This document shows, in pieces, positions 55,906 through 64,000 of a stretch of 64,000 nucleotides of DNA (its first letter is position 1; each line of letters starts with the position of its first letter). The notes under the pieces were generated by a model that saw only the letters and a program-made list of their open reading frames with translations, had not been told where the DNA came from and searched no databases. Origin of the DNA: Terriglobales bacterium (lineage in GTDB: Bacteria > Chloroflexota > Dormibacteria > Dormibacterales > Dormibacteraceae); assembly GCA_035638495.1 (NCBI GenBank), contig DASQZW010000251.1, positions 33,452 to 97,451 on the forward strand, written 5' to 3'. Both the position numbers and the translations under genes were made by a program.

Positions 55906-56373
55906 TCAAGAGGTGGGCTCGCGCGTGCGCTCTTCCAGCCGCAGCAGCACCTCGCGCAGGGCCAGCCGCTCGTCGGACGTCAGCCCGCGCACCGCGGGGC
56001 TGTCGTCCACCAGGCGCGCCTCCAGGCGGCGCCGGAGCGCCGCGCCGGCCGCGGTCAGGAGCACGCCCCGGACCCGGCGGTCGTCGGCGCCCTGGCGGCT
56101 GACCAGCCCCCGCGCCTCCAGCCGGCCGACGGCCACCGTGACGTTGGACGGGTTCGCGTTCAGCACCGCGGAGAGCTCGCGCATCGAGAGGCAGCAGTCC
56201 GGCTCCAGGTTCAGCAGCGCCTTCGCCTCCGGCTGCGACAGGTCGAACTCCGCGACCCGCGCCTGGTGGTGCGCCCACATCCGGCTCACGAGGCCGGTCG
56301 CCAGCGCGACGACCTCGCGCGTGAGTTCGTCGGGTGCCTGGGCCGTGGGAGCTCGCGCGTCCTGCCTCTGCAC
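55906..56373 (-). CDS. MarR family transcriptional regulator
   Basis: Winged-helix region LSMRELSAVLNANPSNVTVAVGRLEARGLVSRQGADDRRV. GTG start 21 nt after the E2 stop. Confidence 0.85.
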   Translation of the reverse strand: MQRQDARAPTAQAPDELTREVVALATGLVSRMWAHHQARVAEFDLSQPEAKALLNLEPDCCLSMRELSAVLNANPSNVTVAVGRLEARGLVSRQGADDRRVRGVLLTAAGAALRRRLEARLVDDSPAVRGLTSDERLALREVLLRLEERTREPTS

Positions 56374-56394
56374 GTTGGTCAGCAGCTTACCTTT

Positions 56395-57672
56395 TCAGTA
56401 GACGGGCGTCTCGCCCGAAACGGACTCGAGCCAGCGCCGGCAGCTGGTCAGGAACCGCGCCGCCTCCAGGCCGTCCAGCACCCGGTGATCGAAGCTGAAG
56501 CACAGGTACATCATCGGCTTGATCCCGATCATGCCGTTGACGGCCACCGGCCGATCGACGATGGCCTCCATCGTCAGGATGCCGGCCTGCCCCGGGTTGA
56601 TGACCGAGTAGCTGAAGAGCGTGCCGAACGTGCCGGAATTGTTGACGGTGAACGTCCCGCCCTGGAGCTCGTCCGCCCGCAGCTTGCGGTTCCGCGCACG
56701 CGTCGCGACGTCGTTCACCGCGCGCGCGATGCCGGCCAGCGAGAGGCCGTCGGCGCCCCGGATGACCGGCACCAGCAGCGTGTCCTCGAAGCCGACCGAG
56801 ATGCCGAGGTCGATGCGGCGGTGAACGATGATCTCGGTCTCGTTGAACGTCGCATTCACCTCGGGGTGCTCCCGCAGGGACGCGACCGCGGCCGCGATGA
56901 CGTAGGGCAGGTAGGTCAGCGAGAAGCCCTCCCGCTGCTGGAAGGACCCCTTGTTCGCGTTCCGGCTGGCGACCACCCCGCTCATGTCCACTTCCTGGGT
57001 CTGCCAGGCGTGGGGAATGGTTGTCTTGGAGCGCGTCATGTTCTCGCCGATGAGGCGGCGCACCCGGGTGAGCGGCACCACCTCGTCGCCCTGGGTCGGC
57101 GCGGCAGACGGCGCCGGTGCCTCACGCGGAGCCGGCGGCGGCGGGGCCTTCGCCGCGCGCGCCTCCACGAACTGACGCACGTCGCGTTTCGTCACCCGAC
57201 CGCCGAGACCGGTGCCGGCGACCTCCGCGAGGTCGACTCCCTGCTCCTCCGCGAGCAGCGTGACGCCCGGCGAGTAGCGGTGCTCCCCGCCTTCGTCACG
57301 CTGGGGCGCGGCCGCGGCCGCCCGCGCCGGCTCGGGTTCCGGCTCGCTCGCCGGCGGCCGCGGGGCGGCAGGCTCGACCGGCGTCGCCTCGTCGGCTCGC
57401 AGCTCGACCCGCGCCGGGACCTCGCCGTCACCCTCCACCTCGACCACCGCGATCTCGCTCCCGGCCTCGACGGTGTCCCCCTCCTGCGCCAGGATCTCCT
57501 TCAGCACCCCGGTCACGGGTGCCGGCACCTCGGCGTTCACCTTGTCGGTGTCGACCTCCAGCATCGGCTCGAACTCGACCACCTGGTCGCCGGGCTTGAC
57601 CAGCCAGCGGGAGATCGTGCCCTCGTGGACGGACTCCCCGAGCTGCGGCATCGTGACGCGCGTCGTGGCCAT
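56395..57672 (-). CDS. Dihydrolipoamide acyltransferase E2 (branched-chain 2-oxoacid dehydrogenase type)
   Basis: Lipoyl domain (EVDTDKVNAEVPAP), an Ala/Pro linker, a peripheral-subunit-binding domain and the catalytic DHRVLDG. Confidence 0.9.
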   Translation of the reverse strand: MATTRVTMPQLGESVHEGTISRWLVKPGDQVVEFEPMLEVDTDKVNAEVPAPVTGVLKEILAQEGDTVEAGSEIAVVEVEGDGEVPARVELRADEATPVEPAAPRPPASEPEPEPARAAAAAPQRDEGGEHRYSPGVTLLAEEQGVDLAEVAGTGLGGRVTKRDVRQFVEARAAKAPPPPAPREAPAPSAAPTQGDEVVPLTRVRRLIGENMTRSKTTIPHAWQTQEVDMSGVVASRNANKGSFQQREGFSLTYLPYVIAAAVASLREHPEVNATFNETEIIVHRRIDLGISVGFEDTLLVPVIRGADGLSLAGIARAVNDVATRARNRKLRADELQGGTFTVNNSGTFGTLFSYSVINPGQAGILTMEAIVDRPVAVNGMIGIKPMMYLCFSFDHRVLDGLEAARFLTSCRRWLESVSGETPVY

Positions 57673-59741
57673 CAGAACTCAGCCAGTTCGCGCAGTTGGG
57701 CAGTGACTTTTTCGGGGTTCGGCATGAAGAAGTCCTCCATCGGCTGCGCGTACGGCATCGCGGGCACGTCCAGCCCGCCGAGCCGCTTCACAGGCGCGTC
57801 GAGCCAGCGCCAGGCCCCGTCCGCGATGAGCGCCGCGACCTCCGAGCCGACCGAGACGCTGAAGTTGTCCTCGTAGAGAACCAGGCATTTCCCGGTCTTG
57901 CGGGCCGACGTCAGGATCGCGTCACGATCGAGCGGGTACACCGTGCGCAGGTCGACGACCTCGACGCTCCAGCCCTCGCGCTCCAGGTTGCCGGCCGCCT
58001 CCAGCGCGTAGTGCACCATGAGCCCGTAGCAGAAGACCGACAGGTCGTCGCCCTGCCGTGCAACCCGTGCCTGCTGCAGCGGAATCAGGTAGTCGCCCTT
58101 CGGGACGGGCTCCTTGAACATCCGGTACAGGCGCTTGTGCTCGAAGAAGAGCACCGGGTCGGGATCGCGCATCGCGGCGATCAGCAGTCCCTTGGCCTCG
58201 TACGGCGTCGAAGGGACCACGATCTTGAGTCCCGGCGTGGCGAACCGCGCCTCGATCGACTGCGAGTGGTACAGCGCGCCGTGCGAGTGACCGCCCATCG
58301 GCGCACGGATCACCAGCGGCGCGCCCCAATCGCCGTTCGTCCGGTACCGGAATTTGGCGATCTCGTTCGTGATCTGGTTGAAGGCCATGTGCGCGAAGTC
58401 GGTGAACTGCATCTCGGCCACCGGGCGCTTGCCGGCGAGCGACAGGCCCAGCGCGATGCCGGCGATGGACGACTCCGCGATGGGCGTGTCGATCACCCGC
58501 TCCGCGCCGAACCGGGCGTACAGCCCGTCGGTGACGAGGAAGACGCCGCCCTTCGGGCCGACGTCCTCGCCGAGCACGATGACGCGCTCGTTGCGCTCCA
58601 TCTCCTGCGCCAGCGCGTCGCGCACGGCCTGGACCATGTTCATGTCCTCGGTCTCGGCCGGGGAACCGGGAACGAAAGCCGCGGGGAGGTCGACGGAGTA
58701 CACGTTCGTCAGCGCGTCCTCCGGCCTGGCATCGGCGGCGTCGAGCCCCTGGCGGGTCGCCCGCGTGACCTCGTCCTTGACCTGCTCGTCGTACTCGTCG
58801 GCGGTCTTCTCGTCGAGGAGGCCCTCTTCGAGCAGGCGCGTCCGGAAGCGCGCGAGGCCGTCGTTGGCCGCCAGCTGGTCGAGCTCCTCCTGGCTGCGGT
58901 AGCGGCGCTGGTCGTCCTCGGACGAGTGCGCACCCAGCCGGTCGACCAGGCACTCGATCAGCGTCGGCCCGTCGCCCGCGCGCGCCCGCGCGACCGCCTG
59001 CTTGCCCACGTGATAGCACGTCACCGGGTCGCGGCCGTCGACCGTCACGCCGGGGAAGCCATAGCCGGCCGACCGCTGCGCGGCGTGCTCGATCGCGTAC
59101 TGCTTGTCGAACGGGACCGAGATCGCGAACCCGTTGTTCTGGCAGACGAAGACCATTGGCAGCCGGTAGATCGCCGCGAAGTTGAACGCCTCGTGTGCGT
59201 CGCCCTCCGAGCCCGCCCCTTCGCCGTAGCAGGTCATGACGACCTTGTCGGTGCGGTCCATCTTCAGCGCGTACGCGACGCCGGCGGCGTGCACCATTTG
59301 CGTCGAGAGGGGCGAGCCGCCCGACACGATGTTCAGGCGCGTGTCGGAGAAGTGGCCGGGCGTCTGCTTGCCGCCCGAGGCCGGGTCATCCGGCTTCGCC
59401 AGCACCGAGAGCATCAGGTCGAGCGGCGTCAGGCCCATGCGGAAGCACAGGACGATGTCGCGGTAGTACGGGGCGATCCAGTCGTACTTGGGTCGGAGCG
59501 GCCAGCTCACGCCGACCTGCGCCGCCTCGTGGCCGGCAACCGAGATGATGAACGGCGCGCGGCCCTGCCGGTTCAGCACCTGGCAGCGGTAGTCGATCTG
59601 CCGGCCCAGCAGCATGAGGTGGAACCACTCCAGGAGCGTCTGCTCGTCGAGGTCCGTATCACGCCAGTCGACCGGCTCCTGGAACCGCCAGTCGGGATGG
59701 AACGCCTTCCGTTTCGCGACCTGTGCTTTCGTCTCTGCCAT
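57672..59741 (-). CDS. 2-oxoacid dehydrogenase E1 component, fused alpha and beta subunits
   Basis: The N-terminal half carries the TPP motif GEGAGSEGD...VCQNNGFAIS. The C-terminal half starts MNMVQAVRDAL...GEDVG..GGVF and continues IDTPIAESSIAG (beta subunit). Confidence 0.9.
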   Translation of the reverse strand: MAETKAQVAKRKAFHPDWRFQEPVDWRDTDLDEQTLLEWFHLMLLGRQIDYRCQVLNRQGRAPFIISVAGHEAAQVGVSWPLRPKYDWIAPYYRDIVLCFRMGLTPLDLMLSVLAKPDDPASGGKQTPGHFSDTRLNIVSGGSPLSTQMVHAAGVAYALKMDRTDKVVMTCYGEGAGSEGDAHEAFNFAAIYRLPMVFVCQNNGFAISVPFDKQYAIEHAAQRSAGYGFPGVTVDGRDPVTCYHVGKQAVARARAGDGPTLIECLVDRLGAHSSEDDQRRYRSQEELDQLAANDGLARFRTRLLEEGLLDEKTADEYDEQVKDEVTRATRQGLDAADARPEDALTNVYSVDLPAAFVPGSPAETEDMNMVQAVRDALAQEMERNERVIVLGEDVGPKGGVFLVTDGLYARFGAERVIDTPIAESSIAGIALGLSLAGKRPVAEMQFTDFAHMAFNQITNEIAKFRYRTNGDWGAPLVIRAPMGGHSHGALYHSQSIEARFATPGLKIVVPSTPYEAKGLLIAAMRDPDPVLFFEHKRLYRMFKEPVPKGDYLIPLQQARVARQGDDLSVFCYGLMVHYALEAAGNLEREGWSVEVVDLRTVYPLDRDAILTSARKTGKCLVLYEDNFSVSVGSEVAALIADGAWRWLDAPVKRLGGLDVPAMPYAQPMEDFFMPNPEKVTAQLRELAEF

Positions 59742-59748
59742 CGGTCTT

Positions 59749-61125
59749 CTAGATGTTGAGCGCCACGCCGTCGACTGCGAGGGAGGCTTCGCCGATCGCC
59801 TCGCTGAGGGTCGGATGCGGATGGATGTTGCGGCCGATCTCCCAGGGATCGCCCCGGAACAGCTGCGCCAGCGCCGGCTCGGCGATCAGCTCGGTGGCCT
59901 GGACGCCGATCACGTGGGCGCCCAGCAGCTGACCGGTCTTCGCGTCCGCGACGATCTTGGCGAAGCCGGCGGTCTCGCCGTGGATGATCGCGCGCGCGTT
60001 GGCCACGAACGGGAACCTCCCGACGCGGACCTCGCGGCCCCGCTCCCGCGCCTGGGCCTCGGTCAGCCCCACCGACGCGATCTCCGGCGTGGAGTAGGTG
60101 CAGCGCGTCACGAGCTCCTGCTCCATCGGCGTGACGCGCCGGCCGGCGACGTCCTCCGCGGCCACGATGCCCTCGTGGGCAGCGGCGTGGGCGAGCTGGT
60201 AGCCGCCGACCACGTCGCCGATCGCCCACACGCCGGGCGCCGAGGTCCGCATCCACTCGTCGACCTTCACGACGCCGCGCTCGTCGACCTCTACGCCCGC
60301 TTGCTCCAGGCCGATGTCCCGGCTGTTCGGGCCGCGGCCCACCGCGACCAGCAGCTGCTCCGTACGGACCTCGCCGTCCGCCAGCCGGACGGCGACCTCG
60401 CCTTCTTCGACGCGGGCCCCCTCGACGCGGGCCCCGACGCGGCAGTCGATGCCGGAGCGCTTGAACGCCTGAAGCAGCACACGCGAGACCTCCTCGTCCT
60501 CGAGGGGCACGAGCCGGTCCAGCGCCTCGATGAGCGTCACGGCCGCGCCCATCTGCCGGTAGAACGTCGCGAACTCGACGCCGACGGCGCCGGCGCCGAT
60601 GATCGCGACCGAGGCGGGCAGGCGCCGCGCCTTCGTGGCGTGGTCGGAGTTGACGATGCGCTCGCCGTCGAAGTCGAGGCCGGGCAGCGATCGAGGCGAG
60701 GAGCCCGTCGCGACGATGATCGCGGCCGCCTGGATCGCACGATCGTCGACGCGGATGCGTCCCTCGCCCTCGAGCCGCCCGCATCCGTACACGACCTCGA
60801 TCTTGTTCTTGCGCATCAGGCCCTGCACGCCCTTCCAGAGCTGGTCCACCACCGCGTCGCGGCGCACGGCGATGCGCTCGTAGTCGAAGGCGACGTCGCC
60901 TGCCTCGATGCCGTACTCCTGGCGGCGGGCGTGCAGCTTGTTGAACAGGCCCGACGTCTCGAGGAGCGCCTTGGTCGGGATGCAGCCGATGTGCAGGCAC
61001 GTGCCGCCCAGCTTGGCGACCTCCACGATGACCGTGCGCTTGCCCAGCTGAGCCGCGCGGATCGCCGCGGTGTAGCCGCCGGTGCCGCTGCCCAGCACGG
61101 CCACGTCGAATTCGTTGTCGGGCAC
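59749..61125 (-). CDS. lpd: Dihydrolipoyl dehydrogenase E3
   Basis: GSGTGGY, GGTCLHIGCIPTK redox disulfide and HPHPTLSE. GTG start 61125 inside the long ORF 59749..61716. Confidence 0.9.
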   Translation of the reverse strand: MPDNEFDVAVLGSGTGGYTAAIRAAQLGKRTVIVEVAKLGGTCLHIGCIPTKALLETSGLFNKLHARRQEYGIEAGDVAFDYERIAVRRDAVVDQLWKGVQGLMRKNKIEVVYGCGRLEGEGRIRVDDRAIQAAAIIVATGSSPRSLPGLDFDGERIVNSDHATKARRLPASVAIIGAGAVGVEFATFYRQMGAAVTLIEALDRLVPLEDEEVSRVLLQAFKRSGIDCRVGARVEGARVEEGEVAVRLADGEVRTEQLLVAVGRGPNSRDIGLEQAGVEVDERGVVKVDEWMRTSAPGVWAIGDVVGGYQLAHAAAHEGIVAAEDVAGRRVTPMEQELVTRCTYSTPEIASVGLTEAQARERGREVRVGRFPFVANARAIIHGETAGFAKIVADAKTGQLLGAHVIGVQATELIAEPALAQLFRGDPWEIGRNIHPHPTLSEAIGEASLAVDGVALNI

Positions 61126-61153
61126 GAAGCTCAGTGTAGGGTGGCTCGCTCGC

Positions 61154-61186
61154 CGGAAACCGGCGGGCGGCCCCCGCCGGTTTCCG
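61154..61186 (-). terminator. 14-bp perfect stem-loop CGGAAACCGGCGGG-CGGCC-CCCGCCGGTTTCCG after citrate synthase
   Basis: Begins 11 nt after the stop at 61197. No U-tract. Confidence 0.55.
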
Positions 61187-61196
61187 ACGGCGACCG

Positions 61197-62315
61197 CTAG
61201 GTCGTCAGGACGGCCGCTCGCTTCTCCGGGTCGGGCCCGACCCACTCCGACGCGGGCCGGATGATCCGGCCGTCCTTGGACGTGTACTCGAGCACGTGGG
61301 CGGTCCAGCCCGCCATCCTCGAGGCGGCGAAAACGCTCGCGAAAAACTCCGTGGGGAAGCCAGCCGCCGCCAGCACGCCCGCCGAGTAGTAGTCGACGTT
61401 CGTCGCATTGGGCCGCTCGGGGTGGCGCGCCACGAGCTCCCGCAGCGCTACCTCCTCGACCCTGAACGCCACGTCGTAGAACTCGCGGTTGGCCTCGCGG
61501 CACAGGTCGCGCAGGATCTTGGCGCGGGGATCGTACGTGCGGTAGACGCGGTGCCCGAAGCCCATCAGCCGCTCCTTGCGGTCGAGGGCGTCCATGACGA
61601 ACCGCTCGGCGTGGTCGGGGCCGCCGACCCGCTCGATCATGTTCATCGCGGCCGTCGCGGCGCCCCCGTGGGAGGGGCCCTTCAGCGCGCCGACCGCGCC
61701 GACGACCGATGACCACATGTCGCTGCCGGTCGAGCAGATCACGCGTGCGGTGAACGTCGACGCGTTGAGGCCGTGGTCGGCCAGCAGAACGAGATACGAC
61801 TGCAGGTAGCGCACGCGATCGGGGTCCGGGTCCCGGCCGTCGAGCATGTAGAGGAAGTTCGCCGCGTGGCCGAGGTCGGTGCGCGGCTCGACCGGCTGCT
61901 GACCACGCTGGTGCCGGTAGTACGCGGCGATCGCTGTCGGCGTCACCGCGGTGGCGGCGATCGCGTCGTCGAGGCTCGGCTTGGGGCAGCCGGGAGCCGC
62001 CCCCTGTGCCGACAGCAGCGTGCGCAGGGCGTCCATTGGATCCACGTCCGCCGGCAGCCCTCCCAGCGCGGCGCGCGCGGCGCCGTTCAGCGCGCGCCGG
62101 GCCGTGAGTTTGCCGTTGAAGTCGCGAAGCTGTGCGTCGTCGGCCAGCTCGCCGTTCCAGAGGAGGTAGGCGATATCCTCGAAGGAGCGACCTGCGACCT
62201 CCTGGATCAGATAGCCGCCACGGTAGATGAGCCGACCATTCTGCCCGTCTACCTCACTGATCTCGGTCTGGGCGGCGACGACGCCTTCGAGTCCAGGACT
62301 GTACGGCACGGTCAT
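61197..62315 (-). CDS. Citrate synthase (short, dimeric type; could be 2-methylcitrate synthase)
   Basis: GHRVYRTYDPRA and LADHGLNAST motifs. 372 aa. Confidence 0.9.
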   Translation of the reverse strand: MTVPYSPGLEGVVAAQTEISEVDGQNGRLIYRGGYLIQEVAGRSFEDIAYLLWNGELADDAQLRDFNGKLTARRALNGAARAALGGLPADVDPMDALRTLLSAQGAAPGCPKPSLDDAIAATAVTPTAIAAYYRHQRGQQPVEPRTDLGHAANFLYMLDGRDPDPDRVRYLQSYLVLLADHGLNASTFTARVICSTGSDMWSSVVGAVGALKGPSHGGAATAAMNMIERVGGPDHAERFVMDALDRKERLMGFGHRVYRTYDPRAKILRDLCREANREFYDVAFRVEEVALRELVARHPERPNATNVDYYSAGVLAAAGFPTEFFASVFAASRMAGWTAHVLEYTSKDGRIIRPASEWVGPDPEKRAAVLTT

Positions 62316-62394
62316 CAGTACTCAAGTGTACGCTCCACCGAAAGTCGCCAGGAACGTGCGTCGGCGAGGATCCGGCGGCCTCCTGACCGCGCGC

Positions 62395-63306
62395 CTAGTG
62401 GTCGTGGCCGGCGTGCTCGTGCGCCTCGATCCCGGGGTCCATGTGGATGTCGACCGTGGCCCCCGGCACCGCGTGCGCCACCTCGTGCTCGACGTGCTGG
62501 GCGATCGCGTGCGCGTCTTTCAGTGAGATGCTCGCGTCGAGGTCCACGTGCATGACCGCGACCAGTTCGCGGCCGACCCAGCGGGCGCGGACGTGGTGGA
62601 CGCCCAGCACCCCGTCCGTGTGACCGGCCGCCGCGGTGAGCTCGTCGATGAGCTGCGGGTCGACCGCGTCCATCATCCGGAGGACGAGCTTGCGCAGCGT
62701 GCCGCCCAGGATGTACAGGATCGCGCCCGTGATGACGAGGCCGGCGATCGGGTCCGCCAGCGGGAGGCCGAGCCCCGCCAGCCCGATGCCGGCGAACGCG
62801 CCCGCGGAGACGAGCGCGTCGGCGCGCGAGTGGATGCCGTCCGCCTCCAGCGCGGTCGACCCGACCCCGCGGCCCACCCGCACCTTGTACTCCGACACGG
62901 ACAGGTTGGCGACGATGCCGAGCGCCGCCGCGAACAGGCTGAACGCGATGTCGTGGTACTGCTCCGGCTGGAACAGCTTGCGGACGGACTCGAACCCGGC
63001 GATGGCGGCGGTCACCACGATGACGACGACGATCACCAGCGTGGCGATGTCCTCGATGCGGCCGTAGCCGGACGGGAAGCGGCGGGTGGCCGGCCGGCGG
63101 GCCAGGGCGAACGCGAACAGCAGGACGAACGTGGTGAGAACGTCGCCCGAGTTGTGGAGGCCGTCGGCCATGACGCTCGCCGAGCCGCTGAACACCGCCG
63201 CCACGATCTCGACGACGGCGGCGACCCCGAGGACGATCGCGCTCACGATCACCGCTCGCACCGCGTCACGGTCGTGGTAGACGCCGTGGGAGTGCCCGCC
63301 GCTCAC
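62395..63306 (-). CDS. Cation diffusion facilitator (CDF) family metal efflux transporter
   Basis: Six TM segments with SVMADGLHNSGD and HSRADA motifs. His-rich ends (GGHSHG; HEHAGHDH). GTG start 63306. Confidence 0.85.
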   Translation of the reverse strand: MSGGHSHGVYHDRDAVRAVIVSAIVLGVAAVVEIVAAVFSGSASVMADGLHNSGDVLTTFVLLFAFALARRPATRRFPSGYGRIEDIATLVIVVVIVVTAAIAGFESVRKLFQPEQYHDIAFSLFAAALGIVANLSVSEYKVRVGRGVGSTALEADGIHSRADALVSAGAFAGIGLAGLGLPLADPIAGLVITGAILYILGGTLRKLVLRMMDAVDPQLIDELTAAAGHTDGVLGVHHVRARWVGRELVAVMHVDLDASISLKDAHAIAQHVEHEVAHAVPGATVDIHMDPGIEAHEHAGHDH

Positions 63307-63316
63307 GCGAGGAAGC

Positions 63317-64000
63317 CTAGAACGGCCGCGCCACCCCGCCGGCAACTGCAAGCAGTTCGTCGGCCTCGATGCGGCCGGCTGTGGCCCCGGACCGGACCTT
63401 CGCCTCCAGTGCTCGCCGCACGGTCTCGGCCACGTCCGCGCCGCTGAAGCCCTTCGAGGCATCCAGCAGCGCGTCCCACTGCTCTGCGTCGAGCTCCGCG
63501 AAGAGCGGCCGCGCGGCCTTGCGCTCGGCCCGCCGCATGTGGACGCGGAAGATGGCGCGGCGGTCCTCACGGACGGGCAGCGGCACCTCCACCAGGCGGT
63601 CGAACCTGCCGGGCCGCAGCAGGGCCTCGTCCACCGCCTCGGGCCGGTTGGTGGCGGCGAGCACGATCACGCCCTCGACCTCGCGAAGGCCGTCCATGTT
63701 CTCGAGGAACGTGCTGACGATCCGGTGGGTGGCCTCGTGGGCCAGTTCCCGGTTCCGCGCCAGCGCGTCGATCTCGTCGAAGAACATCACGGTCGGCGCC
63801 TCGGCACGGGCCCGGTCGAACGCCGACTGCATCCGCTTCTCGGCCTCGCCGTACCACTTGGACACCACGTCGGACGCGCGCACGTGCAGGAATCGCGCTC
63901 CCGCCTCGTGCGCGAGCGCCCGGGCCAGCAGCGTCTTGCCGGTGCCGGGGGGACCGTACAGGAGGACGCCTCGCGGCGGGCGCGCGCCCCAGGCGCGGAA
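63317..64000 (-). CDS. AAA+ ATPase (classical AAA, CDC48/FtsH-like module), 5' end beyond the window
   Basis: GPPGTGKT Walker A, MFFDEIDA Walker B and ATNRPEAVDEALLRPGRFD second region of homology. The reading frame is open to position 64000. Confidence 0.85.
   Translation of the reverse strand, partial: FRAWGARPPRGVLLYGPPGTGKTLLARALAHEAGARFLHVRASDVVSKWYGEAEKRMQSAFDRARAEAPTVMFFDEIDALARNRELAHEATHRIVSTFLENMDGLREVEGVIVLAATNRPEAVDEALLRPGRFDRLVEVPLPVREDRRAIFRVHMRRAERKAARPLFAELDAEQWDALLDASKGFSGADVAETVRRALEAKVRSGATAGRIEADELLAVAGGVARPF

Noticed and set aside
62316-62335. ACTCAAG (an HspR HAIR half-site) just upstream of the citrate synthase start.
   Set aside because: Only one half-site is present, with no CTTGAGT partner at N7 spacing. 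Likely coincidence.

Overview
High-GC (roughly 70% by eye) bacterial chromosomal window, densely coding, with about 75 protein genes. I recognised no rRNA, tRNA, CRISPR, transposase or integrase. The gene order is as follows. First comes a codA-like / tartrate-DH-like / esterase / PaiB operon. Then an acyl-CoA carboxyltransferase, crotonase and TetR cluster. Then a CAX antiporter, a CPBP protease, OtsA and a class A PBP. Then an HspR-like MerR, a zinc-ribbon protein and a DUF2342 metalloprotease. Then an SDR, a GreA-C-domain protein and a broken GNAT. Then a 1075-aa BNR/sortilin-like protein, an HSL-type esterase, a Ski2-like helicase and a family III CoA-transferase. Then two tandem paralogous Dpp/Opp-type ABC operons with TAT-lipoprotein binding proteins. 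Then two M20 dipeptidase paralogues flanking a decayed vapBC-like module and RidA. Then pyrE with a dihydroorotase-like gene, an MBL hydrolase, a nitroreductase, and ParA with a 96-aa partner. Then a CvpA / MFS / ureohydrolase / FAD-oxidase / DUF4232 cluster. Then ThpR, an intact Phd-VapC module, GlcG and an SDR. Finally an lpd / fused E1 alpha-beta / E2 / MarR / ACT branched-chain keto-acid dehydrogenase operon, citrate synthase, a CDF transporter and a 5'-truncated AAA+ ATPase. The gene content suggests an Actinomycetota- or Chloroflexota-like lineage, but I cannot be more precise. The most unusual signal is not a protein system. It is a family of GC-rich mosaic hairpin elements (core CCCTCCCCC-loop-GGGGGAGGG) at seven loci, with covarying stems. 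One locus is a four-unit tandem array. Another is a pair of 166-bp copies bracketing a decayed partial duplicate of the neighbouring gene. Other notable points: paired 20-bp palindromes between marR and an ACT-domain gene; several single-nucleotide frameshifts (carboxyltransferase, GNAT, vapB/vapC); three genes with no canonical start codon where one is expected; and two low-GC non-coding islands with nested or phased repeats. Every functional call is motif and family recognition by eye. No database search was run.
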